A stretch of DNA of 64,000 bases from an uncultured Candidatus Melainabacteria bacterium (lineage in GTDB: Bacteria > Cyanobacteriota > Vampirovibrionia > Gastranaerophilales > Gastranaerophilaceae), in NCBI GenBank assembly GCA_934754515.1, contig CAKVIG010000004.1, positions 41,764-105,763 on the forward strand. Reading direction: 5' to 3'. This document shows positions 46,682 to 56,560 of the stretch, piece by piece. The notes under the pieces are model-generated. The model was given only the letters and a program-made list of their open reading frames with translations, made no database searches and was not told where the DNA came from. Both the position numbers and the translations under genes were made by a program. Position 1 is the first letter of the stretch, and each line of letters begins with the position of its first letter.

Positions 46682-47180
46682 TATCGTTCTTGTCGGCATG
46701 CCTGCAAGCGGGAAAACTACAATCGGAACATTGTTGGCAAATCAACTTGATAACCATATCCACATTGATATTGACAGCGTTATTGAAAAAACTCAAGGAA
46801 TGAAAATTTCTGATATTTTCGCCAAATTTTCAGAAGATTATTTTAGAAAATTGGAATACGACACAATCAAAATGGTTTGCACAGGCAAAAACAAAATCAT
46901 ATCTACAGGTGGCGGTTCGTTTGAAAATCCTGATAATCGAGCAACTTTATTAAAGTTTGGAAAAGTTTTTTATTTGAAATCTGACCTTGATATATTATAT
47001 TATAGAATATCAGAGGATTCGACCAGACCTCTTTTACAGAAAGAAAATCCGCGCCAAGTCTTAGCAGATTTGATAAAAAAAAGAGAAGAAAACTATCAAA
47101 AAGCGCACTACACGGTTGACACAAGTGCAATGAGTGAAGATGAAATTGTAAGGTTTATTATAAATGAGGCAAATTCTTAA
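46671..47180 (+). CDS. aroK: shikimate kinase
   Basis: 169 aa with P-loop GMPASGKTT. Overlaps the aroC stop. Confidence 0.9.
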   Translation: MANNIVLVGMPASGKTTIGTLLANQLDNHIHIDIDSVIEKTQGMKISDIFAKFSEDYFRKLEYDTIKMVCTGKNKIISTGGGSFENPDNRATLLKFGKVFYLKSDLDILYYRISEDSTRPLLQKENPRQVLADLIKKREENYQKAHYTVDTSAMSEDEIVRFIINEANS

Positions 47181-48240
47181 AGTCCAAATCAGTGATAACA
47201 AAGAATATCCGATTGAAATTTCGGACAATAGTTTTGCAAAACTTAATCAAGACCTTTATGAAGCAACACACGGTCAAAAACGCCTTGTTGTAATGTCTAA
47301 AAAAGTTTATGATTTGTATTTTAATGAGCTTAATTTTTCGGAAGAAGAAGTCTTTGTTTTAAAAGACGGCGAAAAAGAAAAGAATTACAAAAACTACCTC
47401 AAAATAATGAAGCGAGCAATTGAGCGCGGTTTGACAAGAAACGATGTTATGATTGCAGTTGGCGGAGGCGTTATTGGTGATATAACAGGATTTGTAGCGT
47501 CTACTTATATGCGCGGAATTGATTTTATACAAGTTCCAACCACGTTGCTTTCTGCCGTTGATTCTTCTGTCGGCGGAAAAACCGCAATTGATTTGGCCGA
47601 AGCTAAAAACATTATCGGCACATTCTATCAGCCAAAAGCAGTTTATATCAATATAAATTTTCTTGATACGCTTGATAAACGACAGTTTATGTCCGGTATG
47701 GGTGAAATTTTAAAATATGCTTTTATTGAAGAAAGTTGTCATTATGAAAATCCGCTCTATTTATTTGAGTTCTTGACATTAGGCTGTGAAAAAATAATGG
47801 AAAAAGAGCCTTTAACTATAATCAGAATGATTGAATATTGCCTACACTTAAAAATCGCAGTTGTAAATCAGGATGAAAAAGAAGGCGGATTGAGAAAAAT
47901 TTTGAATTTTGGGCATACGCTTGCTCACGCTTTAGAAACAATTACAAAATACAAAAAATACACGCATGGTGAAGCTGTTGTTTTAGGCATGTTTTTTATA
48001 ATTGATTGGGCATACAAAAAAGAATACATAAGCTATTCTTATTACAGACTTTCAAAGGAATTATTGACTAAATACGGATTTAAACCGCTTAATAAAAAAT
48101 ATCCGACAGAAAAGCTTGTTGAAATTATGAAAAAGGATAAAAAAGCTTCTAGTGACAAAATTACGTTCATCATTCCTTGTGAAAAGAAACAAGTTAAAGA
48201 ACTTAAACTGGCTCCGCCTGAAGTTGAAATGATGTTTTAA
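47164..48240 (+). CDS. aroB: 3-dehydroquinate synthase
   Basis: 358 aa with GGGVIGD and metal-binding His motifs (HTLAHALE, HGEAV). Confidence 0.93.
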   Translation: MRQILKVQISDNKEYPIEISDNSFAKLNQDLYEATHGQKRLVVMSKKVYDLYFNELNFSEEEVFVLKDGEKEKNYKNYLKIMKRAIERGLTRNDVMIAVGGGVIGDITGFVASTYMRGIDFIQVPTTLLSAVDSSVGGKTAIDLAEAKNIIGTFYQPKAVYININFLDTLDKRQFMSGMGEILKYAFIEESCHYENPLYLFEFLTLGCEKIMEKEPLTIIRMIEYCLHLKIAVVNQDEKEGGLRKILNFGHTLAHALETITKYKKYTHGEAVVLGMFFIIDWAYKKEYISYSYYRLSKELLTKYGFKPLNKKYPTEKLVEIMKKDKKASSDKITFIIPCEKKQVKELKLAPPEVEMMF

Positions 48241-48329
48241 ATTCTCTTTTTTAGTTATTATTTTTTTGCTTGACTTTTTGTCAGGTTTGCCTTACTTTGG
48301 TTATACAAGTTGTAAGGAGAACCTAACAA

Positions 48330-48746
48330 ATGATTACAAAAAGTTTAGAAGATTATATCGAATACATCTATACTTCACTTTCTAACAACAAAGAGCTTAA
48401 AGCGATTGATATTGCTAAGAAATTCAACATATCTAGAGCGAGTGTTTCGGAAGCCCTAATCAGATTATGTGAATTAGGATTAGTTATATACGAAGGACGA
48501 AAAGGAATTATTGTTACTGAAAAAGGCGAAATTGAAGCAAAAAGAGTTATAAAAAAGCACCAAATTCTTTTAAATTTCTTCAATAAGGCTTTAAATATTG
48601 AATTTGAAAAAGCTTCGGATAATGCTTGCAAAATTGAGCATGTTATTGATGACGATGTTGTTTCAATATTGGAAAAATTTAATCAATTTAGCGATAAAAA
48701 TAATCTAAAAAAAGATTTTGTGGAGTTTCTACAAAATGATAAATAA
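48330..48746 (+). CDS. DtxR/MntR-family metal-dependent transcriptional regulator
   Basis: 138 aa. N-terminal winged HTH (LEDYIEYIY...ISRASVSEAL) and a dimerisation/metal domain (KKHQILLNFF...EH). Confidence 0.8.
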   Translation: MITKSLEDYIEYIYTSLSNNKELKAIDIAKKFNISRASVSEALIRLCELGLVIYEGRKGIIVTEKGEIEAKRVIKKHQILLNFFNKALNIEFEKASDNACKIEHVIDDDVVSILEKFNQFSDKNNLKKDFVEFLQNDK

Positions 48747-49719
48747 CATTAAATCTTTTGCAAAGTTTTTAGATCAACCAATGCTTATAGCGCATTTAAA
48801 TAAAAATATGCCGAAAATTATGCTTACAGGAACAGCTCTATATAGTGCAAAAAAGGGTTATGATGTTTATAAGGAGGATAAAACTTTTACAAGAACGAAA
48901 GATTATTTCAAGAACACGAGCATACTCTTTTCTTCCGCAGTTTGCGCTCTTCTTGCCCCAAAATTAGCCTCCAAAATCACACGGAGACCGCAATTAGAAA
49001 ATTTAAAGGCAATAAAAGAACAAAATACAAAATTTGTTGATGAGTTTATTTCAAAGAATAAAAATTCTTTAAGTAAAAATAGTCTAAAAACCTTGGAAGA
49101 AGCAAAAACCAACATTCTTTCATTGTCTAAAATCAAAAAATTAATGGAAGATTTAAAAGCAAAGAAGCTTGACGAATTTATGAAAAAATTAATTCCTGAC
49201 CCTGAAAATATAAGTTCTAAAGATATTTTTTCTGAAATCGGTTACTTATCAATATACGGCGCTATACCTGTTGTTGGAGGAATCACTAGCGGTTTAGCAG
49301 CAGATAAAATCGCAGGAGAAGACATTAAAAAAACAGCTCCCGACAAAGTAAGCGAAGGTTTGTATCAGTATTTGGCAAATATTTTTATGTGCAATATTGG
49401 AGCTGGAGTAGCTCTTGGGGTTTTAGAAAAATTGAATATAACCTCCAAAGCTTGCCGAGCAATAGGCATGGTTAGCGGAATAATCTTAACGGGTGTTATT
49501 GGCGGTTCCAAAATTGCAAATTATATAACCGACAAGGTTTCTAAAAAAGTCGGTATAAAAGATATTAAAGAAAGAAAACCCGAGCTAATAGATTTAGGAA
49601 TGCATACTGACGATATAGCAACTGTCGCAGTTTTATCAGGTTTAAAATGGATAGAACCATGCTTGCCGTTTTTGTATTCGATTTCTGGTTATAAAGCAGG
49701 GATTGGGTATAGGAATTGA
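48718..49719 (+). CDS. hypothetical membrane protein downstream of the metalloregulator
   Basis: 333-aa ORF (the start may be the ATG at 48736). Gly-rich TM helices in the C-terminal half. No known transporter family recognised. Confidence 0.6.
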   Translation: MWSFYKMINNIKSFAKFLDQPMLIAHLNKNMPKIMLTGTALYSAKKGYDVYKEDKTFTRTKDYFKNTSILFSSAVCALLAPKLASKITRRPQLENLKAIKEQNTKFVDEFISKNKNSLSKNSLKTLEEAKTNILSLSKIKKLMEDLKAKKLDEFMKKLIPDPENISSKDIFSEIGYLSIYGAIPVVGGITSGLAADKIAGEDIKKTAPDKVSEGLYQYLANIFMCNIGAGVALGVLEKLNITSKACRAIGMVSGIILTGVIGGSKIANYITDKVSKKVGIKDIKERKPELIDLGMHTDDIATVAVLSGLKWIEPCLPFLYSISGYKAGIGYRN

Positions 49720-49727
49720 AGTTTATT

Positions 49728-49758
49728 GTCGTGTTGGATGACAATTGTCCAACACGAC
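49728..49758 (+). terminator. 11-bp hairpin after the membrane protein gene
   Basis: GTCGTGTTGGA-tgacaattg-TCCAACACGAC. No T-run follows. Confidence 0.45.
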
Positions 49759-49836
49759 CAACACATCTTTATTAATTTGAAAAGTTATTATCAGGCAGTG
49801 TCTGACCTACATACTAATATTATATTTAAAAGTTAA

Positions 49837-49866
49837 GGGTGCAAAAAATTGCACCCTACTTTTTTT
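49837..49866 (+). terminator. GGGTGCAAAAAATTGCACCC hairpin plus T-run
   Basis: Conserved hairpin followed by TACTTTTTTT. Confidence 0.7.
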
Positions 49867-49906
49867 AATAAAATATGTTTAATATTGAATTTTATTCTTA
49901 ATGTTA

Positions 49907-49933
49907 AAGGCGCGATATTTTATATCGCGCCTT
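49907..49933. terminator. hairpin downstream of the glycyl-radical ORF
   Basis: AAGGCGCGATAT-ttt-ATATCGCGCCTT, a perfect 12-bp stem. Confidence 0.55.
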
Positions 49934-49962
49934 CATCTAATCTCTTACCTTTACCCTTTAGC

Positions 49963-50217
49963 CTAGCAGCCGCAGCCGTTACCTAAAGAAGCGTGGAATG
50001 TTCTTGAGATAACATCGTCTTGTTGTTCTTTTGTTAACTTAATGAAGTTTACAGCATAACCTGAAACTCTTACTGTTAATTGTGGGTATTTTTCAGGATG
50101 TGCTTGAGCATCAAGCAATGTTTCTCTGTTGAATACGTTTACGTTTAAGTGGTGACCACCCTTTTCAACATAACCGTCTAAAAGATTTATTAAGTTTTCT
50201 TCTTGTTGTGTTGTCAT
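49963..50217 (-). CDS. stand-alone glycyl-radical domain (C-terminal piece of pyruvate formate-lyase, GrcA-like)
   Basis: 84 aa from the ATG preceded by AAGGAA. Contains GGHHLNVNV and the radical loop [15 protein letters not shown]. Ends with the extra tail ASLGNGCGC. The track ORF starts at TTG 54 nt upstream. Confidence 0.85.
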   Translation of the reverse strand: MTTQQEENLINLLDGYVEKGGHHLNVNVFNRETLLDAQAHPEKYPQLTVRVSGYAVNFIKLTKEQQDDVISRTFHASLGNGCGC

Positions 50218-50271
50218 TGTTTTATTCCTTATGTTTGTCGGATTCTTAATCCGCTCTACTACTTTCATCAA

Positions 50272-50401
50272 GAGTTGATAAGTTGAATGGTTGAAAGGAT
50301 GAAAAGTTCGTATTAAATACTTTCAATGTCTAACAAGTTAAACAATATAATTTCTTTTTAACAAACTTTTCAACTGTTCAACTTTTTCATCTTTCAACTG
50401 G
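50272..50401. repeat. inverted repeat with 8-nt periodic arms, inside the pfl split
   Basis: GTTGATAA GTTGAATG GTTGAAAG GATGAAAA GTTCG pairs with AAACTTTTCAACTGTTCAACTTTTTCATCTTTCAAC. Both arms are homologous to the element at 3172-3300. Confidence 0.7.
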
Positions 50402-50418
50402 TTGTTAAAGATTTTTCC

Positions 50419-52503
50419 TTAGCAACCGCAAGTTCCTTCTGAGCATCCGCAATCAAGTTGGATGTCCAAGTCGCCCATGAATACATCATCTTTACCCAAT
50501 GCGTTAGGGATAATTGAGAATGTATTTGAGATACCATCTTGAGCATCGTTGAATGGAAGCTTAGCAACTGAAGCCAAAGATGCTACAGCACCGTGAGTAT
50601 CACGTCTGTGCATTGGGTTAGCACCAGGAGCTAGAGGAATACCGGCTTTTCTACCGTCAGGAGTGTTACCTGTTTTCTTACCATAAACAACGTTTGAAGT
50701 AATTGTTAAGATAGACATTGTAGGAATAGAATTTCTATAAGTATAGTGTTTTCTAATCATATTCATGAATTTCTTAACAAGGTTAACTGCGAATTGGTCA
50801 ACTCTATCATCGTTGTTACCATATTTTGGATAATCGCCTTCAACTTCATAGTCAACAACCAAACCGTTTTCGTCACGGATAGTTTTAACTTTTGCATATT
50901 TGATAGCTGAAAGTGAGTCAGCAACTACTGATAAGCCAGCGATACCTGTTGCGAAATATCTCTTAACATCTCTATCGTGAAGAGCCATTTGAGATCTTTC
51001 GTAGCAATATTTGTCGTGCATGTAGTGGATAACGTTCAATGTATTAACATACAAGCCTGCTAACCATTCCATCATATCTTCATATCTTTCCATAACTTCA
51101 TCGAAGTCTAGGTATTCAGAAGTGATAGGTCTGTATTTAGGACCAACTTGTTCTTTAATTCTTTCATCAACACCACCGTTGATAGCGTATAATAAGCACT
51201 TAGCCAAGTTAGCTCTTGCACCGAAGAATTGCATTTCTTTACCAACTACCATTGAAGATACGCAACAAGCAATAGCGTAATCGTCACCGTGAGTAACTCT
51301 CATCAAATCATCGTTTTCGTATTGGATAGATGAAGTTGTGATAGAGATGTGAGCAGCATATTGTTTGAATGCGTGTGGTAATCTCTTAGACCACAATACT
51401 GTCATGTTAGGTTCAGGAGCTGTACCTAAGTTTTCTAGTGTGTGTAAGTAACGGAATGAGTTTTTAGTAACCATGTGACGACCGTCAATACCAACACCAC
51501 CGATTGATTCAGTTACCCAAGTAGGGTCGCCTGAGAACAATGAATTGTATTCAGGAGTTCTTGCGAACTTAACTAATCTTAACTTCATGATGAAGTGGTC
51601 AATCATTTCTTGAGCTTCTGCTTCAGTGATAACACCGTTTCTCAAATCTCTTTCAATGAAGATATCCAAGAAAGTAGAAGTTCTACCAACTGACATTGCA
51701 GCACCGTTTTGTTCTTTTACTGCTGATAAGTAACCGAAGTATAACCATTGGATAGCTTCTTTAGCGTTTGAAGCAGGTTTTCTGATATCGAAACCGTATT
51801 CATCACCCAATTCAGCCATTTCTTGCAATGCTCTGATTTGTTCAGCCAATTCTTCTTTTAATTGGATTTTTTCAGGTCTCATTTCGCCATCTAATGAAGC
51901 ATGTTGTTCTTTCTTGTCTTCGATTAATCTGTCGATACCATAAAGAGCGATTCTTCTGTAGTCACCAATGATACGACCACGACCGTAAGCATCAGGCAAA
52001 CCTGTCAAGATAGCTGCGTGTCTTGCTTTTCTCATTTCAGGAGTATAGCAATCAAAAACACCTTGGTTGTGAGTTTTTCTGTATTTTGTGAAAATTTCTG
52101 TAATTTCAGGGTCAACTTCGTAACCATAAGATTTGCAAGAAGTTTCAGCCATTCTGATACCACCAAATGGTTGTAGAGAACGTTTTAGAGGTTTATCTGT
52201 TTGCAAACCAACGATTTGTTCTAAGCTTTTGTCAATATAACCAGCCTTGTGAGAAGTGATTGTAGAAACGATTTTTGTGTCCATATCAAGAACACCACCG
52301 TTTTCACGTTCTTTTTTGAACAAATCGCAGCATTCTTGCCACAATTTTGTAGTTGCTTCAGTTGGGCCTGCCAAGAAGCTAGAATCACCATCATAAGGTG
52401 TGTAGTTTTTTTGGATGAAATCTCTTACGTTGATTTCTGACTGCCATTTGCCGCCAACAAAATCAGTTGTAGAAGATTGTTTTTCTAATGTTAATTCTGA
52501 CAT
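50419..52503 (-). CDS. pflB: pyruvate formate-lyase catalytic body lacking the glycyl-radical domain
   Basis: 694 aa with the active-site IACCVSS. It follows PflB as I recall it up to ...IPNALGKDD, then diverges into a 21-aa tail [21 protein letters not shown] and stops. Confidence 0.88.
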   Translation of the reverse strand: MSELTLEKQSSTTDFVGGKWQSEINVRDFIQKNYTPYDGDSSFLAGPTEATTKLWQECCDLFKKERENGGVLDMDTKIVSTITSHKAGYIDKSLEQIVGLQTDKPLKRSLQPFGGIRMAETSCKSYGYEVDPEITEIFTKYRKTHNQGVFDCYTPEMRKARHAAILTGLPDAYGRGRIIGDYRRIALYGIDRLIEDKKEQHASLDGEMRPEKIQLKEELAEQIRALQEMAELGDEYGFDIRKPASNAKEAIQWLYFGYLSAVKEQNGAAMSVGRTSTFLDIFIERDLRNGVITEAEAQEMIDHFIMKLRLVKFARTPEYNSLFSGDPTWVTESIGGVGIDGRHMVTKNSFRYLHTLENLGTAPEPNMTVLWSKRLPHAFKQYAAHISITTSSIQYENDDLMRVTHGDDYAIACCVSSMVVGKEMQFFGARANLAKCLLYAINGGVDERIKEQVGPKYRPITSEYLDFDEVMERYEDMMEWLAGLYVNTLNVIHYMHDKYCYERSQMALHDRDVKRYFATGIAGLSVVADSLSAIKYAKVKTIRDENGLVVDYEVEGDYPKYGNNDDRVDQFAVNLVKKFMNMIRKHYTYRNSIPTMSILTITSNVVYGKKTGNTPDGRKAGIPLAPGANPMHRRDTHGAVASLASVAKLPFNDAQDGISNTFSIIPNALGKDDVFMGDLDIQLDCGCSEGTCGC

Positions 52504-52722
52504 TTTAATCTCCTTGTCTTTTCCAGTCCATTTGGACTTTTTCTATTACTACTTGTTAATTTATATTATACCCCATAAAAAAATCATGACACAGTTGTTT
52601 AAACAACATTTATAAAGATTTTATAAATTTTTAATATTTCAAATTTAGCTATTGCAAAAAGTTGAAAAAAGAGTATAATAAAATTCTCGGATGAATAAAT
52701 TCCGATTTTAGGATAGTGTAGG

Positions 52723-53082
52723 ATGAATGTAACAAATATCAGAAATCAACAACAAGGCTTAATCAGACAAAGATTAGCAGAAATTTACACGCATGAAAGA
52801 GCACACAAAGCAAAAGGCGGTTCACTTACCGGTCCGATAGTTATTGATTGGAAAAATGGTATTCCGATTGGCGGGCATGTTTCTATAAAAATACCATCAT
52901 TAAACCCTAAAAATCCAAAGAAAACTATTGAAGAAGCTAATACCGTAATCAATTCCGCGATGGCACCTTCTGACCCGTCAAGTCAGGATTATAAGGTTGC
53001 AGGACAAGCAAAAAATGTTAAATCACAAGCAGAAAGATTACGAGCAAAGAAACAAAATAAGGGATTAGATTATTATGCATAA
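52723..53082 (+). CDS. SprA-related family protein (putative metalloprotease-like)
   Basis: 119 aa. HERAHKAKGG followed by GGHVSI and AMAPSDPSSQD blocks, typical of this family as I recall it. Confidence 0.6.
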   Translation: MNVTNIRNQQQGLIRQRLAEIYTHERAHKAKGGSLTGPIVIDWKNGIPIGGHVSIKIPSLNPKNPKKTIEEANTVINSAMAPSDPSSQDYKVAGQAKNVKSQAERLRAKKQNKGLDYYA

Positions 53083-53203
53083 AATAATTGAATTTTTATA
53101 TAATTTATTTGCACCTAAAAAGTTTGCGCTTGTAAAAGTAGAAAAAGACTAGCTTCTATAAGCTCTTATGGATAGAATGCTTTTTTACACGAAGCTTCGC
53201 TAA

Positions 53204-53268
53204 ACCTCCCTTGTTAGGGAGGTCGCAGTTGTGTGAACGCGAGTAAACTACAAATGCGGGTGGGTGTT
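53204..53268. repeat. ~65-nt two-hairpin dispersed element (copy 3, reverse)
   Basis: CCTCCCTTGTTAGGGAGGTCGCAGTTGTGTGAACGCGAGTAAACTACAAATGCGGGTGGGT. Confidence 0.8.
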
Positions 53269-53346
53269 GGTTCAATTCTGTAGTTAATATAGCTGTTATT
53301 AAATAGAAAAACTTGATTTACATTATAAATCCATTAAAATAAAAAT

Positions 53347-54084
53347 ATGTTTAAAAGAAGATTATTAATTTTAGCTTGCCTATTACTTTGCGTTCCAACA
53401 TTCGCGGATGATAATACTAACGGTATTTATGTCGGAACACCCAAAGGTTTTTATGATGACATTGACCCGAACAGCTTGGATGAAGACGAAGATTTGATAT
53501 CGCCTGCACAGCAGCAAGATGTTGCAATTCCTTCTCAAGGTGGCAATAATGAAGTAATTATTCCACCAACAAGAACCAAAGCGACAAAAGACTATACACA
53601 AATTTATAATGATTTAGAAGTACCGACTTTTTCATACCTTCATGATATCGACCCCGACCAATATTATGATATGAAAGACACGGCTTGGTCTGTTTATCCG
53701 CTATTCAGATTAAATTCACCGCTATATTTTAAAAATATAACAATCGAGCCCGGGTATTATTTGTTAACTCCGAGAGAACATAACGGTGAATGGTTTATGC
53801 TGTTTAAACAAAATGGAGTTGTAAAACACATTATACCTGTTTACGAAAGAGATTACACACCTGAAACTTTCTACAACGACCACATTCCAAAACCGAAGTA
53901 TACAACTGCACAAAAAATGCACATGGGATTTTTGGATTTTATAGGAAACTTTAAAAGCACAAAGAGAAAAACTCCTGTTCAGTCATATTTAGAAGTAAAT
54001 GATTTAGAAAATTATTTTGTTTCTATAATTATTTATTACGGTTCGCACAAATATTCTACAATTTTCAGAACCATAAGACTTTAA
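53347..54084 (+). CDS. secreted hypothetical protein
   Basis: 245 aa with signal peptide MFKRRLLILACLLLCVPTFA. The PGYYLLTPRE block resembles ORF 24520. Confidence 0.65.
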   Translation: MFKRRLLILACLLLCVPTFADDNTNGIYVGTPKGFYDDIDPNSLDEDEDLISPAQQQDVAIPSQGGNNEVIIPPTRTKATKDYTQIYNDLEVPTFSYLHDIDPDQYYDMKDTAWSVYPLFRLNSPLYFKNITIEPGYYLLTPREHNGEWFMLFKQNGVVKHIIPVYERDYTPETFYNDHIPKPKYTTAQKMHMGFLDFIGNFKSTKRKTPVQSYLEVNDLENYFVSIIIYYGSHKYSTIFRTIRL

Positions 54085-54154
54085 TAAATGTGATTTCCTG
54101 ATTGACATTCAATCTCCTTCCCTGCTAAAATAGTTTTTTCTAAAGGAGATTTAT

Positions 54155-54922
54155 ATGAAATATTCAACAGACGGATTACAGTATCACATTGGTCTAAAAG
54201 AAGGTGACGTTGGCGAATACGTTATTTTACCGGGCGACCCTAAAAGATGTGAAAAAATTGCAAAATATTTTGATGACGCAAAACTTGTTGCAGACAGGAG
54301 AGAATTTACGACTTACACAGGCTACTTAAACGGTGTAAAAGTCAGCGTAACTTCTACAGGTATTGGCGGCCCTTCTGCTTCTATCGCAATGGAAGAATTA
54401 GTAAAAGTCGGTGCGAAATACTTTATTCGTGTCGGCACTTGCGGTGGCATGGATTTGGACGTAAAAAGCGGTGATTTGGTAATTGCAACAGGCGCAATCA
54501 GAATGGAAGGAACTTCTAAAGAATATGCTCCAATAGAATTTCCTGCGGTTGCAAATTACGACATCGTAACAGCACTTATCAATTCTGCAAAAAAATTAGA
54601 CTTACCTTACCACGTAGGTGTTGTAGAATGTAAAGACTCTTTCTACGGACAACACAGCCCAGAATTAATGCCCGTAAATTATGAATTACAAAACAAATGG
54701 AATGCTTGGTTGAAACTTGGCTGTTTAGCTTCTGAAATGGAATCAGCTGCTTTGTTCATAGTAGCAAGTTATTTGAAAGTAAAAGTCGGTTCAATTTTCT
54801 TGGTTGTTGCAAATCAGGAAAGAGAAAAACGCGGTCTGGAAAATCCTGTTGCGCATGATACAGAATTAGCTATTAAAACAGCGGTTGAAGCAATTAAAAA
54901 TCTAATTGCTGAAAATAAATAA
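54155..54922 (+). CDS. udp: uridine phosphorylase (PNP/UDP family)
   Basis: 255 aa with [28 protein letters not shown] and EMESAAL blocks that parallel E. coli Udp. Confidence 0.88.
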   Translation: MKYSTDGLQYHIGLKEGDVGEYVILPGDPKRCEKIAKYFDDAKLVADRREFTTYTGYLNGVKVSVTSTGIGGPSASIAMEELVKVGAKYFIRVGTCGGMDLDVKSGDLVIATGAIRMEGTSKEYAPIEFPAVANYDIVTALINSAKKLDLPYHVGVVECKDSFYGQHSPELMPVNYELQNKWNAWLKLGCLASEMESAALFIVASYLKVKVGSIFLVVANQEREKRGLENPVAHDTELAIKTAVEAIKNLIAENK

Positions 54923-54926
54923 TTTA

Positions 54927-54959
54927 AAGAGGATGACTTTTTAGTCATCCTCTTTTTTT
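54927..54959. terminator. bidirectional terminator
   Basis: AAGAGGATGACT-tttt-AGTCATCCTCTT followed by a T-run. Confidence 0.8.
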
Positions 54960-54960
54960 A

Positions 54961-55368
54961 TCACTTCTTTTTACAAACCTTTTTAAAAACATCTTCAAAA
55001 CTCTCAACGGGTTCTAAGCGGTAACCGCAGTGTTCAGCAAGAGTTCCACCCATTTTGAATAACTCTTCCTGTGGATATCTTCTGCAAATTCCGGGGCGTT
55101 TTTTATGAATTTTACACTTGTGTGTTTCTTTATCCAAATTCATGCACTCAAAAACAAGCCCTGTTTCATCTTTATCGATAATTTTAAGATAAGTGTAAAA
55201 CGGATGCAGTTTTTGCAAACGGTGAAATTCTTCTTCCGTTTGAATAACCTCTTTATGCTTAACATAAATCTTCTGACAACAGCGACCGCAGGCATTACAA
55301 GAGCCGGTGCGATAGTATTTTCTTTTCAAGATATACAAATAAAAAAACTTTTTTAATTTCTTAAACAT
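54961..55368 (-). CDS. YkgJ-family cysteine-cluster protein
   Basis: 135 aa with the CNACGRCC motif plus distal Cys residues (CKIHKKRPGICRRY). Confidence 0.75.
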   Translation of the reverse strand: MFKKLKKFFYLYILKRKYYRTGSCNACGRCCQKIYVKHKEVIQTEEEFHRLQKLHPFYTYLKIIDKDETGLVFECMNLDKETHKCKIHKKRPGICRRYPQEELFKMGGTLAEHCGYRLEPVESFEDVFKKVCKKK

Positions 55369-56542
55369 TCACAACTCTTGATTTTGCAAGTCTGTATTCT
55401 GATGAGTTTTCATTGGAAAGAAGCATTGCTTTCGAATAATATTTGTTAGAGGTCTTGAAGTCGCCTTCGTTATACAAAGCTTCGCCTTTTTCTAAACAAG
55501 TCTTAATTATACGAGTTTCAGGGTTGATAAATGATTTAATTCTATCAATTTTATCGCCCAACTCACTATGCAATTCATCTTTCAAAATCACACAGTTTTC
55601 GTATTCTAAAAGTGCCATGTGATAATTGTTATCATCGTAATATCTGTCAGCCCACTCTTTGTGACCTTGATAACTCAAATCATCAAACGAAGAATTCAAA
55701 TCTTTTATAACCTGCAAAGTTCTTAAATATTCTGACTGATTATGAATTACAAGCGGCAAAAGCCTTCTCATTGTACAATATGCAGCCGTATAATCACCAA
55801 GATTTATGAATACAGACGCAAGCTTTTGCAAGACATCCAAAGACTTGTTATCCAAGCATAGAGCTTGTTTCAAGAAAATCATCGCGTGCATATTGTCATT
55901 TTCTTCCAAATACGCCTTACCCAATGCTAAATTTATATCAAAACTGACAGGCATATTTTTAACGGCAAAAGTCAAATACTCAATTGCTTCAGAATAGTTT
56001 CTGACAGAAATCGCGCGTTGAGCCTTTTGCATAAATTCTTTACCGATTTCATTACAGCGGTTAATACTGTTTTTGATTGTCGAATACGATTGACCTCGGT
56101 CTTTAGCGTATTTGAGGTATTTTTCGTAATAAAAAACTGATTGGAATTTCATATTTTTAGAAAAATATGAAGTTGCAAGATTTAAGCAAACCGCTTCATC
56201 ATCAGGTTTGTAAGCATAAGCCGAAACCCAATTTTCAATCGCGTTTTTCAAATCTTCACGTTTGTAGAAAATATTACCCAAATATAAGTAAGAAGGGTTT
56301 TTAAAACTTTCTAAGCCGATAGATTTTTTGAAATATTCTTCTGCGGGCAGTAAGTCGTTGAGTTTGTAGTAACAGCGTCCGATTTCGTAATAAAGTTTAA
56401 AAGATGTGCTCATATTAAGCATATCCAAATAAAGCCTCAATGCGGAAGAATAATCACCTTTAGAATAGTGGTTCTTTGCTGCTTCAAGTCTTTTGTTTTC
56501 TAAATCTGAATTGTCGACAATATAATAATCAGACGATACCAT
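55361..56542 (-). CDS. TPR-repeat protein
   Basis: 393 aa with repeated TPR-like 34-residue units. Its stop overlaps the YkgJ start. Confidence 0.8.
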   Translation of the reverse strand: MVSSDYYIVDNSDLENKRLEAAKNHYSKGDYSSALRLYLDMLNMSTSFKLYYEIGRCYYKLNDLLPAEEYFKKSIGLESFKNPSYLYLGNIFYKREDLKNAIENWVSAYAYKPDDEAVCLNLATSYFSKNMKFQSVFYYEKYLKYAKDRGQSYSTIKNSINRCNEIGKEFMQKAQRAISVRNYSEAIEYLTFAVKNMPVSFDINLALGKAYLEENDNMHAMIFLKQALCLDNKSLDVLQKLASVFINLGDYTAAYCTMRRLLPLVIHNQSEYLRTLQVIKDLNSSFDDLSYQGHKEWADRYYDDNNYHMALLEYENCVILKDELHSELGDKIDRIKSFINPETRIIKTCLEKGEALYNEGDFKTSNKYYSKAMLLSNENSSEYRLAKSRVVNV

Positions 56543-56560
56543 AGCTGTATTCTATCACAT

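Noticed and set aside
50218-50418. Intron, intein or translational bypass explaining the gap in pyruvate formate-lyase.
   Set aside because: The gap is only ~200 nt, too short for a group I/II intron core or an intein. It is not in frame. The downstream piece has its own RBS and ATG. The gap is a copy of a repeat found in an unrelated spacer. Bypass cannot be excluded formally, but nothing supports it.
53078-53155. A 25-codon ORF (MHKIIEFLYNLFAPKKFALVKVEKD) overlapping the stop of the SprA-related gene.
   Set aside because: It is too short to evaluate and has no RBS. It could be chance in AT-rich DNA.
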